A DNA stretch of 64,000 bases from Octopus vulgaris (taxonomy: Eukaryota): NCBI GenBank assembly GCA_951406725.2, contig OX597814.1, positions 65,100,001 to 65,164,000 of the forward strand. Reading direction: 5' to 3'. Both the position numbers and the translations under genes were made by a program. Below are positions 40,980 through 53,952 of this stretch, one piece after another. Numbering within the stretch: the stretch's first letter is position 1; each line of letters starts with the position of its first letter. Under the pieces are notes generated by a model, which was not told where the DNA came from, searched no databases, and saw nothing but the letters and a program-made list of their open reading frames with translations.

Positions 40980-42146
40980 TATTTGTCTTTAGCTGAAGGT
41001 TACAGTATGACCTTTCGATTGACAGCTTCTCTCAAACATTCTGTCTTCTGAGATAATAGAGAGAACGTCTGCATCAACATAATTTATTTCTGTTTCATTA
41101 TTGCCATACATCGAAATCGAAAGCATTGACTGTCATTGGCAGACGGAGAAGATGTTCTGTGCATATATGATATCGATATGTGTAAATATAAATCTATGAA
41201 CTGTATATTCATAAGTTTTGTCTGATGACGTATATCTGAAATCGTTAACATTCTTTTGGAAAATGAGTGGTCGAAACATATAATTTATAAAGCATTATTG
41301 CTTGTCAAGAAAAGGTCACATTAACAAGAGTTTGAAATTGGAAATTGGTGATATTGAAAAATATATCCATGTTTTTGAAAAGTATTGTTGTTACTTTAAT
41401 ATATATCATCAGGTATATGAGCTCAATGATAATAATTAGCCTCTGTTTTTGAAAAGTGGAGAAATGGCTTTGTTATTAAGATAAAATTAAAAAGCAAATA
41501 TTCAGCCGTAATTTGATTTCTATAAATAGCAAAGCAGGAAATAGAGACTCTAGTCTAAACATCGAATATCAAACTTTTTCAATCACACTGCAACCACTAA
41601 TCCTCAACTATGAATCAGAAGAAATCATATTTCATATACGACCGACAACAAAACCTTTTATAATCCAGTATTGTCTTTCTGGAACATCTGTCATAAACAC
41701 AAAGAAGAAACACAGCTAAGCATTCATCAAGTTTAACAATGCAAACTATTAAGCGTCCATAACTAAAGTTTACTGTTAAAACAGTCTTGAATCTATTAAA
41801 AAATACATTGAATCATCGATAAAAACATGCAAATAATAAAATTATTCTAGAAATTTTGTACCTTTTGAAATAATCTTACATTAAAAAAAACAAAAAAGCA
41901 AAGTATTGAACTTTTTGGGATTCCGTGTACTTCTTTTGATCCATGTGCAAATATAAGATAATACTGAGTTTCCAAATGCAATTGTCGTTTATATTCTCGG
42001 TAGGAACCGAGAATCGTGTGCAAGTTTACCATCACAGACGTGATGGCTTCTTAAATTATAAAAATTCAACAGAAAGCAGCAGTTACATTCTGAAGGAGAA
42101 GAAAGATACTGAGACTTTGACACAAAACTACAAAAGATGTATGATG

Positions 42147-42290
42147 TTACGTTCTGAGTTCAAATTCCGCCGAGGTCGACTTTGCCTTTCATCCTTTCGG
42201 GGTCGATAAATTAAGTACCAGTTACGCACTGGGGGCGATGTAATCGACTTAATCCGTTTGTCTGTCCTTGTTTGTCCCCTCTGTGTAATA
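42147..42290 (+). mobile_element. SINE family B, well-preserved 3' part
   Basis: TTACGTTCTGAGTTCAAATTCCGCCGAGGTCGACTTTGCCTTTCATCCTTTCGGGGTCGATAAATTAAGTACCAG. Confidence 0.85.
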
Positions 42291-42656
42291 AAGTAATAAT
42301 ATATTATTAGCATCATCCATCGTTTGAGAATAAAATTATTTCCTTATTTTTCAATACATCTCAACGCTTCTAAATCAAACTTTCGTGGTAATGTCAATAA
42401 TCATTTTAGAAAATATTTCTGTAAGTGCAGGTCTATATTTCACAATGCGATGGAAATACAGTATATATTTAGCTACAATTATTCAACAAAAACAAGCTGT
42501 ATTAAAATTCCACATCTATAAACATCTATAAATATTGATGAAATATACTAACCCTAACAGCACCAGCACCAGCATGCAAATTCCACTTCGAAAATCTGTA
42601 ATAAGTTATGGACAAAAGCTAGAGAAAATCCTTTGTTTACTAAACCACAAACTGTT

Positions 42657-42710
42657 AGCACTGAATGGCACTGAATGGAACCGAATGGCACTGAATAGCA
42701 CCAAATGGCA
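42657..42710 (+). repeat. 10-bp minisatellite (CTGAATGGCA)~5
   Basis: CTGAATGGCA CTGAATGGAA CCGAATGGCA CTGAATAGCA CCAAATGGCA. Confidence 0.8.
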
Positions 42711-43553
42711 TAGACAGCAACGACTTATCAAGAAACCCATATACATCAATGCAATTATGCTTCAAGAAAAATAAAAAGAAGTTATGGTACCGCGATCGCT
42801 AGTTGTATCTAGAATCTGACGACTATGAACATACACTGTAATACTTCATGCTGAAATTGTCACTCTGTAAAATTTCTTTCATTTCTCTTTTTATTTTATA
42901 AGGGCACATTTGAGAATTGAAATTTCACTAATCTCACACATATTATGTTGAAAAGTTCAATAGAGAAAGCTAATTAACCTCAAACAACCTACATATGTAC
43001 TGATATCTATAGCTATACCTATCAAATTCAAAGCCAAAAATATTTCAAATGAAATAGAACAACAATTGTCTTATGATTTTAACATCACAATGATCTCCTG
43101 TTGGTCAATAAATATATATTTCTCAATCCATATTCTATCATCAAGCATATAAAAAACATGGAATCTTGTCTTTGACATAACATATCCATCGACAGTATAA
43201 CGAAAAGTATTGACTCTTGTAGAATGCACATGCAATTTACTTTCCATCATGCAAAACCAAATTTTACAATTTTGTATTTTAACCACAAAATTTCTAAAAG
43301 TAATTATAGTATCAGAAAAATAATCAATAGTGAGTTCAATATAATCAATCCCTTACATGAGAAGTCCGAAAATAATATAAAGTGGGGATCATTATCTGAT
43401 ATAGAAACATTAGGCTAATGATAGACAATAATTTCTACAATAGTCTACAAAGAAATATTGAGTCGTACTTTCGTGTGTGATGGCTTAAATTGCTACACAT
43501 ACATACATACATACGTCTCCCCAGTCACAACAGTATATATATATATATACATA

Positions 43554-44402
43554 TGAGGTCTGATCAATAAGTATCCGGACTGTTTCCATAGTAACGAAGC
43601 TAAGGCACGCACAGTAAACCCGCAAAGTGCAGATTGACCTTGAACTTTGCTGTGCATGCGCACTAAGTGTTAACGTTCTAGCTTACGTTCGCTGTTTACA
43701 ACAGTGCTCGAAAGAAAGCTGTGTAGCGTGTAATCGTCGCCATGGACCATGACAGAAAATGTTGACAATTGACCATGACAGAGACCTACGTAAGGTTGCA
43801 GACAGTATATGGAGAAAAGTGCAAGAGCTGCACACAAGTGTACGAGTCGTTCAGACGTTTCCAAGATGACCGAAAAACTGTCGATATTGACTAACGTTTT
43901 GGGAGATTCGCAAACAGCAGAGCTAAGAAAACCAATGCAGATGTGCGTGCAATTGCGGATCACCATCCGTGAGTTATCAGAGGGTGTGTAGATTAGTTAC
44001 GATTCAGTTCATCTCATTATCATTGCAGATTTGGATTTGAGATGCGTGTCTGCCAAGTTTGTGCCAAAACTGCTTTCAGCTGACCAAAATGACACTCGAG
44101 TTTCAGCTGCACAAGATCTCCATGATTGTGTCGAGAACGATGAAAACTTTGTTCTGTCCTCTGAGCAGGTATCGCCAAGCAGAATCTCTCCTCAGCTTAC
44201 TCTGTCATGGACAATGCGACGGTCACACGCTACACACCTTCCTTTCAAGCACTGTTATAAACAGCCGAAGTGAGCCAGAACGTCAAAACTTAGTGCGCAT
44301 GCACAGCAGAGTTCAAAGTCAATCTGAGCCAAGCGGCATTACTCGCTGTGCTATAGCTTCGTTACTATGTCAACAGTCCGGATACTTATTGATCAGACCA
44401 CG
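43554..44402 (+). mobile_element. Non-autonomous mariner derivative with ~200-bp inverted ends
   Basis: GGTCTGATCAATAAGTATCCGGACTGTT at both ends, TA flanks; inverted similarity runs to 43756 and 44201; interior RITIRELSEGV and VSAKFVPKLL are transposase remnants. Confidence 0.9.
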
Positions 44403-44641
44403 TACGCACGCGCGCGCGCGCGCATAAATGTATACACATGTACTGCAGCATCCCTTCAGTGATTTTCTTTGTCATAACCAGAAATGGCTCTGACGACAGT
44501 AGTATTAACTTTTTAAGTCGTTCAACTTTTCTCAAATTATCAATAAGCCAATTGAGTAAACCTATCCGTAACGAACCTATAACGACTACGGGAAACAGCA
44601 ATAAAAGAAAAATATATAATGACCATTATTTATACCTTGTT

Positions 44642-44734
<93 letters not shown>

Positions 44735-44748
44735 GCTCTCTCTCTCTC

Positions 44749-44779
<31 letters not shown>

Positions 44780-44905
44780 GAGCACATACATATGTATTCG
44801 CATATACATACATGTACATATTATATGTGTATATAAACTCCTACACGCACAAGTTGAAGCACACACAAACACACATATATCTATAAAGAGAGATAGAGGG
44901 GATAA

Positions 44906-44980
<75 letters not shown>

Positions 44981-45540
44981 GAGGGAGAAACAGACAGACA
45001 GGCATGTAACAACTTCATTTTATAGCCGTTTACTTATTTACACTATAAATACCAGCCACAGACGGTACTAGAACGTATAAAAACAGCATATACACAGTTT
45101 TATATTTGTCAGTCATTTTAAGAAAGAGAAACGGCCAAGAAATTTGATATTTTCGACCGGAAATAGATTGGTTAGGATTGTGGGATGTATAACCATAAAC
45201 ATTGATAACTGGTGTATAAGAAGTGTAAAGCTATATCCCTGTTAGCAAGGTCAAGATGGCAGGTTAGAAGTATATAAAGCAGTAAATCTACCGACTTGTA
45301 GTATTTAACAGTTAAATTGATAAAAGACATGCGTGAAGAGATATATCTATCAAATGTGATACCACGAAACCACGACATATATTGAGTGTCAAGCCAAAAA
45401 GTAAGAGGAAAGTGCGGGCTCTTTAAGCACACATATTTATTCATACACACTCGTATACATACACACACTCACAAACACGCGCGCACACACACACTTAACT
45501 GTATGTATGAGTGAAAATACATTTAATTATATTTACGTGG

Positions 45541-45576
<36 letters not shown>

Positions 45577-45704
45577 ATATATATATGTGTGTGTGTGTGT
45601 GTATTCTCATGTATATTCTCTTATATTTTATTTGAAATCTCCCTGTATGGAATGAGTTGGTTTCTAAGGTCTTTAGTTTCTACAAAGGCCTATCATTGGA
45701 ATAT

Positions 45705-47768
45705 ACATAGTGAATTTGAAAAATTTCCTGCATACTTTTACTTTTCTGCTTACCGATTGTGTTTTTCATATCGCTGGTAGCTGATTGATTTCTTTTCCTG
45801 GCAATTTTAGCTTGCCCATGTTGAGACTCAAGCATTTATTTACACAACCAAGTACACCAATTATTATTGGTATAAATGTGAAGAAGGTCAAATTTTCAAA
45901 GTGGTTGTTCATAGGCTTTTCGAAGAAATTTTCTCAACATCAAGGCAGCTGACCTCTCTCATGGTGCCTTTTTTTTTATTTGCTTCAAACAGCTATATCC
46001 AGCCTACTCTATTGACACTTGTAATCTTTGAATGTTCCACCTATATTCCTAATTTATTATCGGGCACTTCTTCCTTGTTTGGACCGCATAGCATATCGTC
46101 ATTTCGCATTGTGAAGTAGAACCAGCCTCGATGACATTTTGGATCATTTGCTGATGGCTTCCACAGAGCTGTGACAAAATCGTCATTTTTAGATGGATCT
46201 TCAGGTTCAAAGGGTTTCAATATCCCCTCCTCACCGTAGTGGGGACGCTGGCAACGGGCAGTGTCAGACCTATGCCGTCGGCAACTTCGGTTCCTGGTAG
46301 GGCCACCTAAGGCAGCTTGGTCTGACACCGAGTGGTATTAGGGCCCCAACCCGGCAGACGGGGCTCTGGTAAAAATCCTCAGAGTGTCTGCTTCGGCAAC
46401 CGGCGGCTCCTCGGTCGTTCTGTCCCTGAGTCTGCGGACAATCTGCGGCAAACATGATGTCTCCACATGCGGGATTGTAGGGGACCGCTTGTGAAATCCA
46501 CATATTCCCACGAAACTTCTTCCATCAGTAGAAGAAGCCGACTCAACCCGCCCAGGGTGAATGTCTCCACAAGTACAAGAAAGTAATATATATTTTGTTT
46601 ATTAAGTATAATGTAGTAATCTCCTCATCCTGGTATTGAAAACGCATAACATTGAATGTGTGACTTAGCAGTCGCGAGTTTAAGGAAGACTACACTTCAG
46701 GTCTATATCCGTGTAATCTTCTAGTTATCAGGAAAGATAATCCATGCATATGGAATGCTGAGCGTTTAACATCCAGGACTTCTTTTAAGGTATCTCAATC
46801 CAGCTGTTTTAGTGGTGTTTGGGAGGTCATCAGGAAAGGATTGTTCCTGAAAAGCCTACTCTCTTCAAGTAGGATGTTGTTTTCTTCACTTTTCAGCACT
46901 AGGTTTACATATTTATTTTTTACAGCTCTTGTTTAGCAGATAATGTCTGGTAAACACCATAAGGCATTTTTTTTTCAATTCAATTCAATTTTTATTGCCT
47001 CAAAAAGCAAAAGCAAAGTCATGTAGGGGGACAGGGAGTTATGTACAAGGATGGTGGTCATACAAAGAGTTCAGGTCATTTCTGGTCAAGAGAGACTTTG
47101 AACCGAGCGGTCGTCGGCATCTTCACTATCTCGTCCGGCAGCTTATTCCACAGATCCGCAACCCGGACGGAGAAAGCCCCTCTCCTTCGATTGAGATGAA
47201 ATCGATGTAGATAGAGCTTTTCGGAGTGTCCCCATAGCCCACGCTCTGGAGCAGGAGTGAAGAACAGCTCTTTCGAGAGGTTACACTTTCCGCTTATGAT
47301 GTTGTGAGCGAGAATGAGATCACCACGGCGTCGTCGTTTTTCGAGAGAATAAAGGTCGAGCGTCTTCAGCCTTTCTTCATAAGACAAATGCTTGAGACCA
47401 AGAACCATGCGGGTAGTCAGCTTCTGGACTCTTTCGAGATGAAGTATGTCTCGGGAGACGTCGGACAGCGAACCATTAACTTGACTTTGAAGGAGCGATC
47501 TGAGAGGAAGGCACCAACCCATCGTACAATATCCGGATGGAAACGATATGCTTGAAGCTTGACAAGTAATAGGCGGTGGTTAGCCGAGTATATTATTACT
47601 TTAACGCTCGGGACTTCCTTTGCAGAGCAATCAAGTATCCAATTGCTGTTAACAGATTTGGTGCAACAAATAACTGATTGACTCTAACAGCAGACCCTTC
47701 CCATCCACAATTTTCTTTGTCTGGGTGTTATTCTCCTGTCCCGATATATTTTCTTCACAGCCCTACGT
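45705..47768 (-). mobile_element. Possible very old mariner interrupted by later insertions
   Basis: Weak remnants (SSRLVLLHNA resembling GVLLLHDNA) and TIR-like ends near 45705 and CCCTACGTA near 47761. Confidence 0.3.
46975..47460 (-). mobile_element. CR1-type LINE 3' end with (AATTG)n tail
   Basis: LERVQKLTTRMVLGLKHLSYEERLKTLDLYSLEKRRRRGDLI...GH...FSVRVADLWNKLP; short tandem tail at 46975-46990. Confidence 0.9.
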
Positions 47769-48278
47769 ATGATATATTTTCATCAATGCCTATGTATTTG
47801 CAGCATTCAGTTTTTAAACAGAAGCTTCGTTATCGTTAAGCATCCAATATCCAGATTGTTGTTTTCTCCAAGTGTTATTTTCCACTGGTTTGTTTCCGTT
47901 CAATATTTTCATGAGCAAGTGGCTCTTTACTTTTTCTTCGACAAGAATAGTTTTTCGCTCAGCGATAGCTTAGAGAAACTGGGAAAGTATCATTTACAAA
48001 CTGCAGTTTTAGAATGTTCCTAACTGAAATATATTGTGTAGTCGTGTCTGTCGAATCGATTACATGTGTGGATATACGAGAATATAGTGATCGCGACTGC
48101 GGTTTGTTTACATTATTATCGGTCTTTCTAATTTTAGTTATACCTCAGTGTTTTCAGAAATTCGATTAGTATTACGAGATTTGAAATAAGACATGCTATC
48201 TGTAATAGATATATTTGTTTTCCTTTTCGCAATGAATGGTGCTTGTTGCCGTAGCTGTTTTGCCATAAAATACCTTAG

Positions 48279-49342
48279 CCTTTTGAGCCCGCAACACCCC
48301 AGGTTTACAGGTGGATGGGTTATTTTTCTCTATACTGTACCACCTCTCTACAGGTGGAATGCATCTGCACTAAAGAACGACGATATATTTTTATCCAACG
48401 ATCAAATGACGAGACTTTACAAGACAAGACTCCATTATCGCTGGCCAGGAATGCTCTTCGTGAAGTGGGCGATCTACAACGCATATGTTATATTCCAGTC
48501 TCTTTACCGAGAAGGCCAAGAAGTACATATTCCACAAATTTCAGGATCAACACAGTGTGGGGTTTGTCGGTGAGTTTGGCAAAAAAGCTGTTCGCAGAGT
48601 TCGTGATCGTGAAGTCCCTGTCGTCCCCAAAACGTAGGCCGCCACCATCCACACATTCCAGCGGACGGGTCTACAAACACACTGTGCTAAGAAGTACAAT
48701 AAATTCAAGTCAGAAAACTACAGTGTTCCTTACAAGGATTATCCTGTCAAAGCAGTCAAATCAGCTATCATGTTGCCAAGAATGCAAGGTTCATTTCTGT
48801 GTCAAAAGCGAATCAACGTGCTGGACCGATTGGCATACCAAGGTGGAATAATAACACTAAGAGCCAGGTGGAGGTACATGGCCTAGTGGTTAGAGCAGCG
48901 GACTCGTGGTCGAGGGATCGCGGGTTCGAATCTCAGACCGGGTGATGTGTGTGTTTATGAGCGAAAACACCTAAGCTCCACGCGGCTCTGGCAGAAGGTA
49001 ATGGCGAACTTCTGCTGACTCTTTCGCCACAACTTTCTCTCACTCTTTCCTCCTGCATTTTGCAGCTCACCTGCGACGGACCGGCGTCCCGTCCAGGTGG
49101 AGAACCTATACGCCAAGAAACCGGGAAACCGGCCCTTATGAGTCAGGCATGGCTCGAAAAGGAACAAACAAACTAAGAGCCAGGTAGGCATCTCTGTTGT
49201 ATGTTTGTGTTCTGAGATTGTTATTGACATAGATACTTCTGTTTTGAGCGCTGTAATTGATGCCAACCCAATTGTCAGTTTATTTTGCTTAGAAAGCTAG
49301 GTACATGGTCAGATAAGTTTCAGGAGGACAGGGCTCGAAGGG
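48279..49342 (+). mobile_element. Internally deleted piggyBac transposon
   Basis: TTAG|CCTTTTGAGCCC ... GGGCTCGAAGGG|TTAA ends; C-terminal transposase remnants DQMTRLY..R..YRW...AIYNAYVI and cysteine-rich CQECKVHFC...CWTDWH. Confidence 0.8.
48870..49171 (+). mobile_element. Full-length tRNA-derived SINE with 14-bp target-site duplication
   Basis: A box TGGCCTAGTGG, B box GGTTCGAATC; TSD ACTAAGAGCCAGGT at 48856-48869 and 49172-49185; AAAC tail. Confidence 0.9.
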
Positions 49343-50041
49343 TTAAGTTTGGGTGAAATTCTTCCCAGTAGCTTTCTAGAGTTTCATGTAGCCAGGTTTT
49401 TCATAGCATTAAAAGAGATATCGATATAAATGTAGACTGTGACGTAAGAAATGTACTTACGTTGTTTTAAATAACTTACAGTTAAACTGTTTATGTTTGT
49501 ATCAGTGTTGGTATTGTTATCACTAGCAGGAATCATCATAAGAGCGAAATTTCACGTGTTAAAATATATATTTTGTAATACATATTATGTAATACTATAT
49601 TTCTCAAATCAGTATCGTCAGTACAGAAATATTTCTTTTTATTATCAGATTCTGATCTGAATGAGCAGATTTTGGTCAAGAACGTTATTATAAATATAAG
49701 ACATTATCCAACTTATCCTTCTTTTTCAAATACGCTATGACATGTTTTAAGGATATTTCAGTTTCTGCTGGTCGAGAGCACAGAATGTTAGAGTCAGTTG
49801 AAATTTGATTAACGAAGCTTTATGCGAAAAGCATTCACATCGTTACTCTGGAATGTTGTTCGATTATATATGAACTTTGTGATTGCTTTTAATAAATGCT
49901 TCAGGTTGAGTACACCTCAAGTAAACTTATGACGGTTTCAAAGGAATTAGAAGTGTTACGAATGTAGTTGCATACAATTATAGAGACATCATACACAACT
50001 ACACACGCTTATGCATATCTAACTAAATACATAGATTTATA

Positions 50042-50081
<40 letters not shown>

Positions 50082-50133
50082 CATACATACATATGTGTGT
50101 ATGTGTGTGTTTGTGTGTTTCTATACACGTGCA

Positions 50134-50170
<37 letters not shown>

Positions 50171-50319
50171 GAATATATCTAAATATTAGAAACTTTCGTT
50201 TCATAGCAGGCGTAGCTATGTGGCTCATTAGTCTCGGATTCAGTCCTTGGGCACGTATCTTCAACTATAGTCCGGGTTGGTCAATGCTTACATGTGAATT
50301 TGATAGACCTAAACCACAC

Positions 50320-50363
<44 letters not shown>

Positions 50364-50469
50364 CTAATACATCTGTTTGTTGTCTACACCACCTGTTTTC
50401 GTCTGTTTTTTTTATGAATTCTCCCCCATATAAATATTTGTGTATGTATGTATGTATATATGTATATTC

Positions 50470-50837
50470 TTTAATTCTTTTATGCTTTTACTTCTTTCAG
50501 TCATTTGACTGTTGCCATTTAGTCGAACAAATCGACCCCAGAATTTATTCTTAGTAAGTTTAGTACTTATCCTATTCGTCTCTTTTGCCGAACCGATAAA
50601 TTACTGGAACGTAAACACACCAACATCGGTTGTCAAGCGATGATAGGGGACAAACACAGACACACAAATACATATATGACAAGCTTCTTTAAGTTTCCTT
50701 TTACCAAATTAACTGATAAGACTTTTGTCAGCCCGAGGCTATAGTAGAAGACTCTTGCTCAAGGTGCCATGCAGTGGGAATGAACTCGGAACCATGTGGT
50801 TGGGGAGCAAGTTTCTAACTACAGAGCAACTCCTGCG

Positions 50838-50839
<2 letters not shown>
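50470..50839 (-). mobile_element. SINE family A
   Basis: Reverse complement of head (GGAACCATGTGGTTGG...CTCCTGCGCC) and tail (CTTTTGCCGAACCG). Confidence 0.85.
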
Positions 50840-50877
<38 letters not shown>

Positions 50878-50889
50878 TTAAAGTTAATA

Positions 50890-51247
50890 TCTATCTCCAC
50901 TTAAGCGTGGATGTTTTGTTAGAACAATCTATACTGTAGTAGATCGCCTATGAAAAACTGTCATAATGGCTTTAGATGCAAAATGCGCTCCTGTTTATAT
51001 CGTCAGCGACGAGATAAATGCCCACCACTTCCAGCGCCGATACCAACAGATCACAGGATTTCTACTTTCGTTGGACATACCAATGATGGATACTCGACTG
51101 CTAGAGAGAACAGCACTCATCTCCCCGCCAGCGATATGAGAACTTCTCTCGTGGTGTCTACCTCAGCATAGTTTGTTGTAACAGAACATTCAAATAAAAG
51201 TAGGGATAAATATTACCTGCCGGTATTAATACTGTTTGTGCCGCTAG
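50890..51247 (+). mobile_element. Short non-autonomous Helitron-like element
   Basis: A|TC start, subterminal palindrome CGGTATTAATACTG and CTAG|T end; no TSD. Confidence 0.5.
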
Positions 51248-51839
51248 TATATATATATGGTTTAAAACGAGGAGAAAAAATCAGAACGAAGGTAGAGACA
51301 AATGAGAAAACAGCAACTAGATTATTGATGCTGATGAAAAATGGAAGTGTTTTAGCGTCTTGATACAACGCTCTTCTGCAGAAAGGTAGGAAATAGATGG
51401 TGAGACAAAGATCGTGCCTGAATTAACGGTTGCAGATGTTATGTTACCCATAGTCGCTTAACAACTGCAGTTTGTTGGTTTATCTACTCGTAACTTAACG
51501 GTTTGGCAAAAGAGTAGAATAAGTACCAGACTTTATTTTAATAAATTATGGGATCGACTTGTTTGACTAAGCTTTTCAAAGTAGTGCTCCAGTATGGCCA
51601 CAGTCCAATTACTTAGACAAGTAACAAATTAAAGTTGAAAATGTCCCTCCTTGTTCTCGATGTGCGAAACAATGAATAGAAAAATTCAAAATTTGGTAAC
51701 TGCTCCCTAATTTAATTAATTTGAGCAATCAAACGTATAGTGTATTTAGCTGGCATCTAAAGCATTCTGATATGAAGCTATTACTTTAGTTGCTATTGTA
51801 ACTCATATAAGGGAGCTTTTGACGGCTATCCACTAATTG

Positions 51840-52960
51840 TTTTGGTTAGTCAAAAAGTTCGTTCGACTGTTTTAAGTGAAAATAAATCGGAAGTTTTAAG
51901 CACAAAATGGTTTCTTTAATCAATGTTATAATCACTCTTCCGTCTCGGTACCTTCTGTCATCTTGTTGAAATATCCGTTATTCTCTGCTCAAAAATTTTA
52001 CAATCTTTACTGGCGGAAAAATCTTCCAGGTGAACTTTTAAATCCTCTTCAGTGTTGAAGATCTGTCCATTCAATGGATTTTGATGAGACTAAAACAGGT
52101 GGAAATCTAAATCTGCAAGGTTGGGCGAATATGAACAAGGAAGCAAAACTTCTCAGCCAAACATCAGTAGCTTGTACTGAATCTGCAAATAAGGGTGCGG
52201 TTTGGCATTGTCATGGTGGAAGACAATGTCCTTACATTTAGAAAACATTCAATGTTTTCTGGTGGATCGCTGCATTTAGTTTGTCCAGCTGAATTGATGG
52301 AGCCGTCCGTGGGAAGAAGCTCGTAAAAGACAACACCCTTATGATCCTATGGAATTGAAAGCATAACATTCTTCAGGTGAAGTCCTGCTTCGCGGTTGTT
52401 TGTGGTGGTTCGCCGCGCTTCCCCCACGATCCATTGCGCTTCACATTGTTATACACGTTCTATTTTTCCTCCCCTGCCATCATTTATTCTCTTCAGAAAA
52501 GGTTGGTTTCCTCCATGTTTCTGCAACAAATCTCAGATGGAAATCCTCTGGGCGAACTTAGTCTTATTCAGTTGATTTCAAGCAAAAATAGAGTGTCTGC
52601 CGATGCAAGCAACTTGATTTGGATATTTGGTGAATATCTGCGATAGTCCTGACAGGGCGTTGGTATCTCTGCCAATCCTCTTTGTACAAAGCATATATTC
52701 CGGCAGATTTCCTTTGCTTGCTTAACTTTTTGTGAAATAAATAAGCATGAGGCATCGATAATCTCCGTTTTAGTTGGTTCTCCATTTTCAGGATGGTTTC
52801 AAGCACACAAATTACAATCTGCTTCGCCGCAAGTTAGAGTCGCGCACCTTTGAAGTGCCAAGTATCTAACAAGAGAGTATATCCCAAGGACAGACAGAAG
52901 TTAACTACTTGTTACTGTGTCTCAAATTTAGTGTCGACCAAAACCAAAGGAATACTTTGG
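51840..52960 (-). mobile_element. Heavily decayed mariner
   Basis: TIR-like TTGGTTAGTCAAAAAGTTCGTTCG near 51842; minus-strand remnants MENQ..., HHDNAKPH (52195-52220) and YSPNLADLDFHLF (52090-52130). Confidence 0.65.
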
Positions 52961-53952
52961 CCAACATATTTAACGCCCAGTGCGGCATGAACCAGAGGAA
53001 TTAAGAGACTGCAATATTCTTTTCTACTCTATGCACAAGGCCCGAAATTCTTCGACGGGGGCCAGTCGATTTTGAGTTTGTGTTATCCTTTCGGGGTTGA
53101 TAATTCAAGTACCAGTTGTGCACTGGAGTCGATGTAATCGACTTACCCCTCTCCGGATGTTGCTGACCTTTTGCCAAAATTTGAAATCTATTAGAAATCC
53201 TAGCTGTAAAGGAGAATTGAAAGAATGTAAACAATTCTTTCAGTGTATTGAATATGCGGAATAAATGAGAGAATCCGTCCGGTTTGGCAATTTTTCACAA
53301 ATTCTCAAATGAGATTCTGTTTCTCTCTCCAGTCAACGGCGTAGACTGCTTAGGTGTTAAATGCAATCAAATATTAAGTTATTATCGTTGTAGATATATT
53401 AACATTTTTGTATTTTTCACGGATTGTTATTTTGAATGGGTGGACTGATATGTTTAAAGATGTACGTGCACAAATACACACTGAGACACGCACACACAAG
53501 CAAATGTGTTTCTATTTATATGCATGTCTGTGTGTGTGTGTGTGTGTACATTCGCGCGCGCAAGTAGATTTTTCATTCGAGAGAAACTTCTATTGACTAA
53601 AAAAATATATACGTAAACCTGTGTTTATTTTTATAAACATGTGTGCGTCCAAGTTTGTCTGGGTACATACATGTATGTGTATGACTGCGTAACTGTGCAT
53701 GCTCATGTATTGCTGCAGTGCAATGACTGAAACAATAAATGTAAAAACATAAAAGAATACAAATATACCCTTGCACTTCACTCACACAAACAGGTACACC
53801 CACACACACATACGCACATACGCACTTATGTATATTTATATGTATATAAGTGCGTAAATATGTACGTATATACATTTATATATGTATGCATACACACGCA
53901 CACACATACATACATATATATATATATATGTATATATTTATATATATATCAG

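Noticed and set aside
41218-41252. TGT-CTGATGA-CGTATATCT-GAAATCGTTA-ACA
   Set aside because: Stem II and stem III do not pair; could be chance.
42657-42710. CRISPR-like or regulatory array
   Set aside because: Spacer-less 10-bp minisatellite in eukaryotic DNA.
48870-48945. tRNA gene
   Set aside because: A and B boxes present, but followed by a SINE body, tail and TSD, so it is a SINE head.
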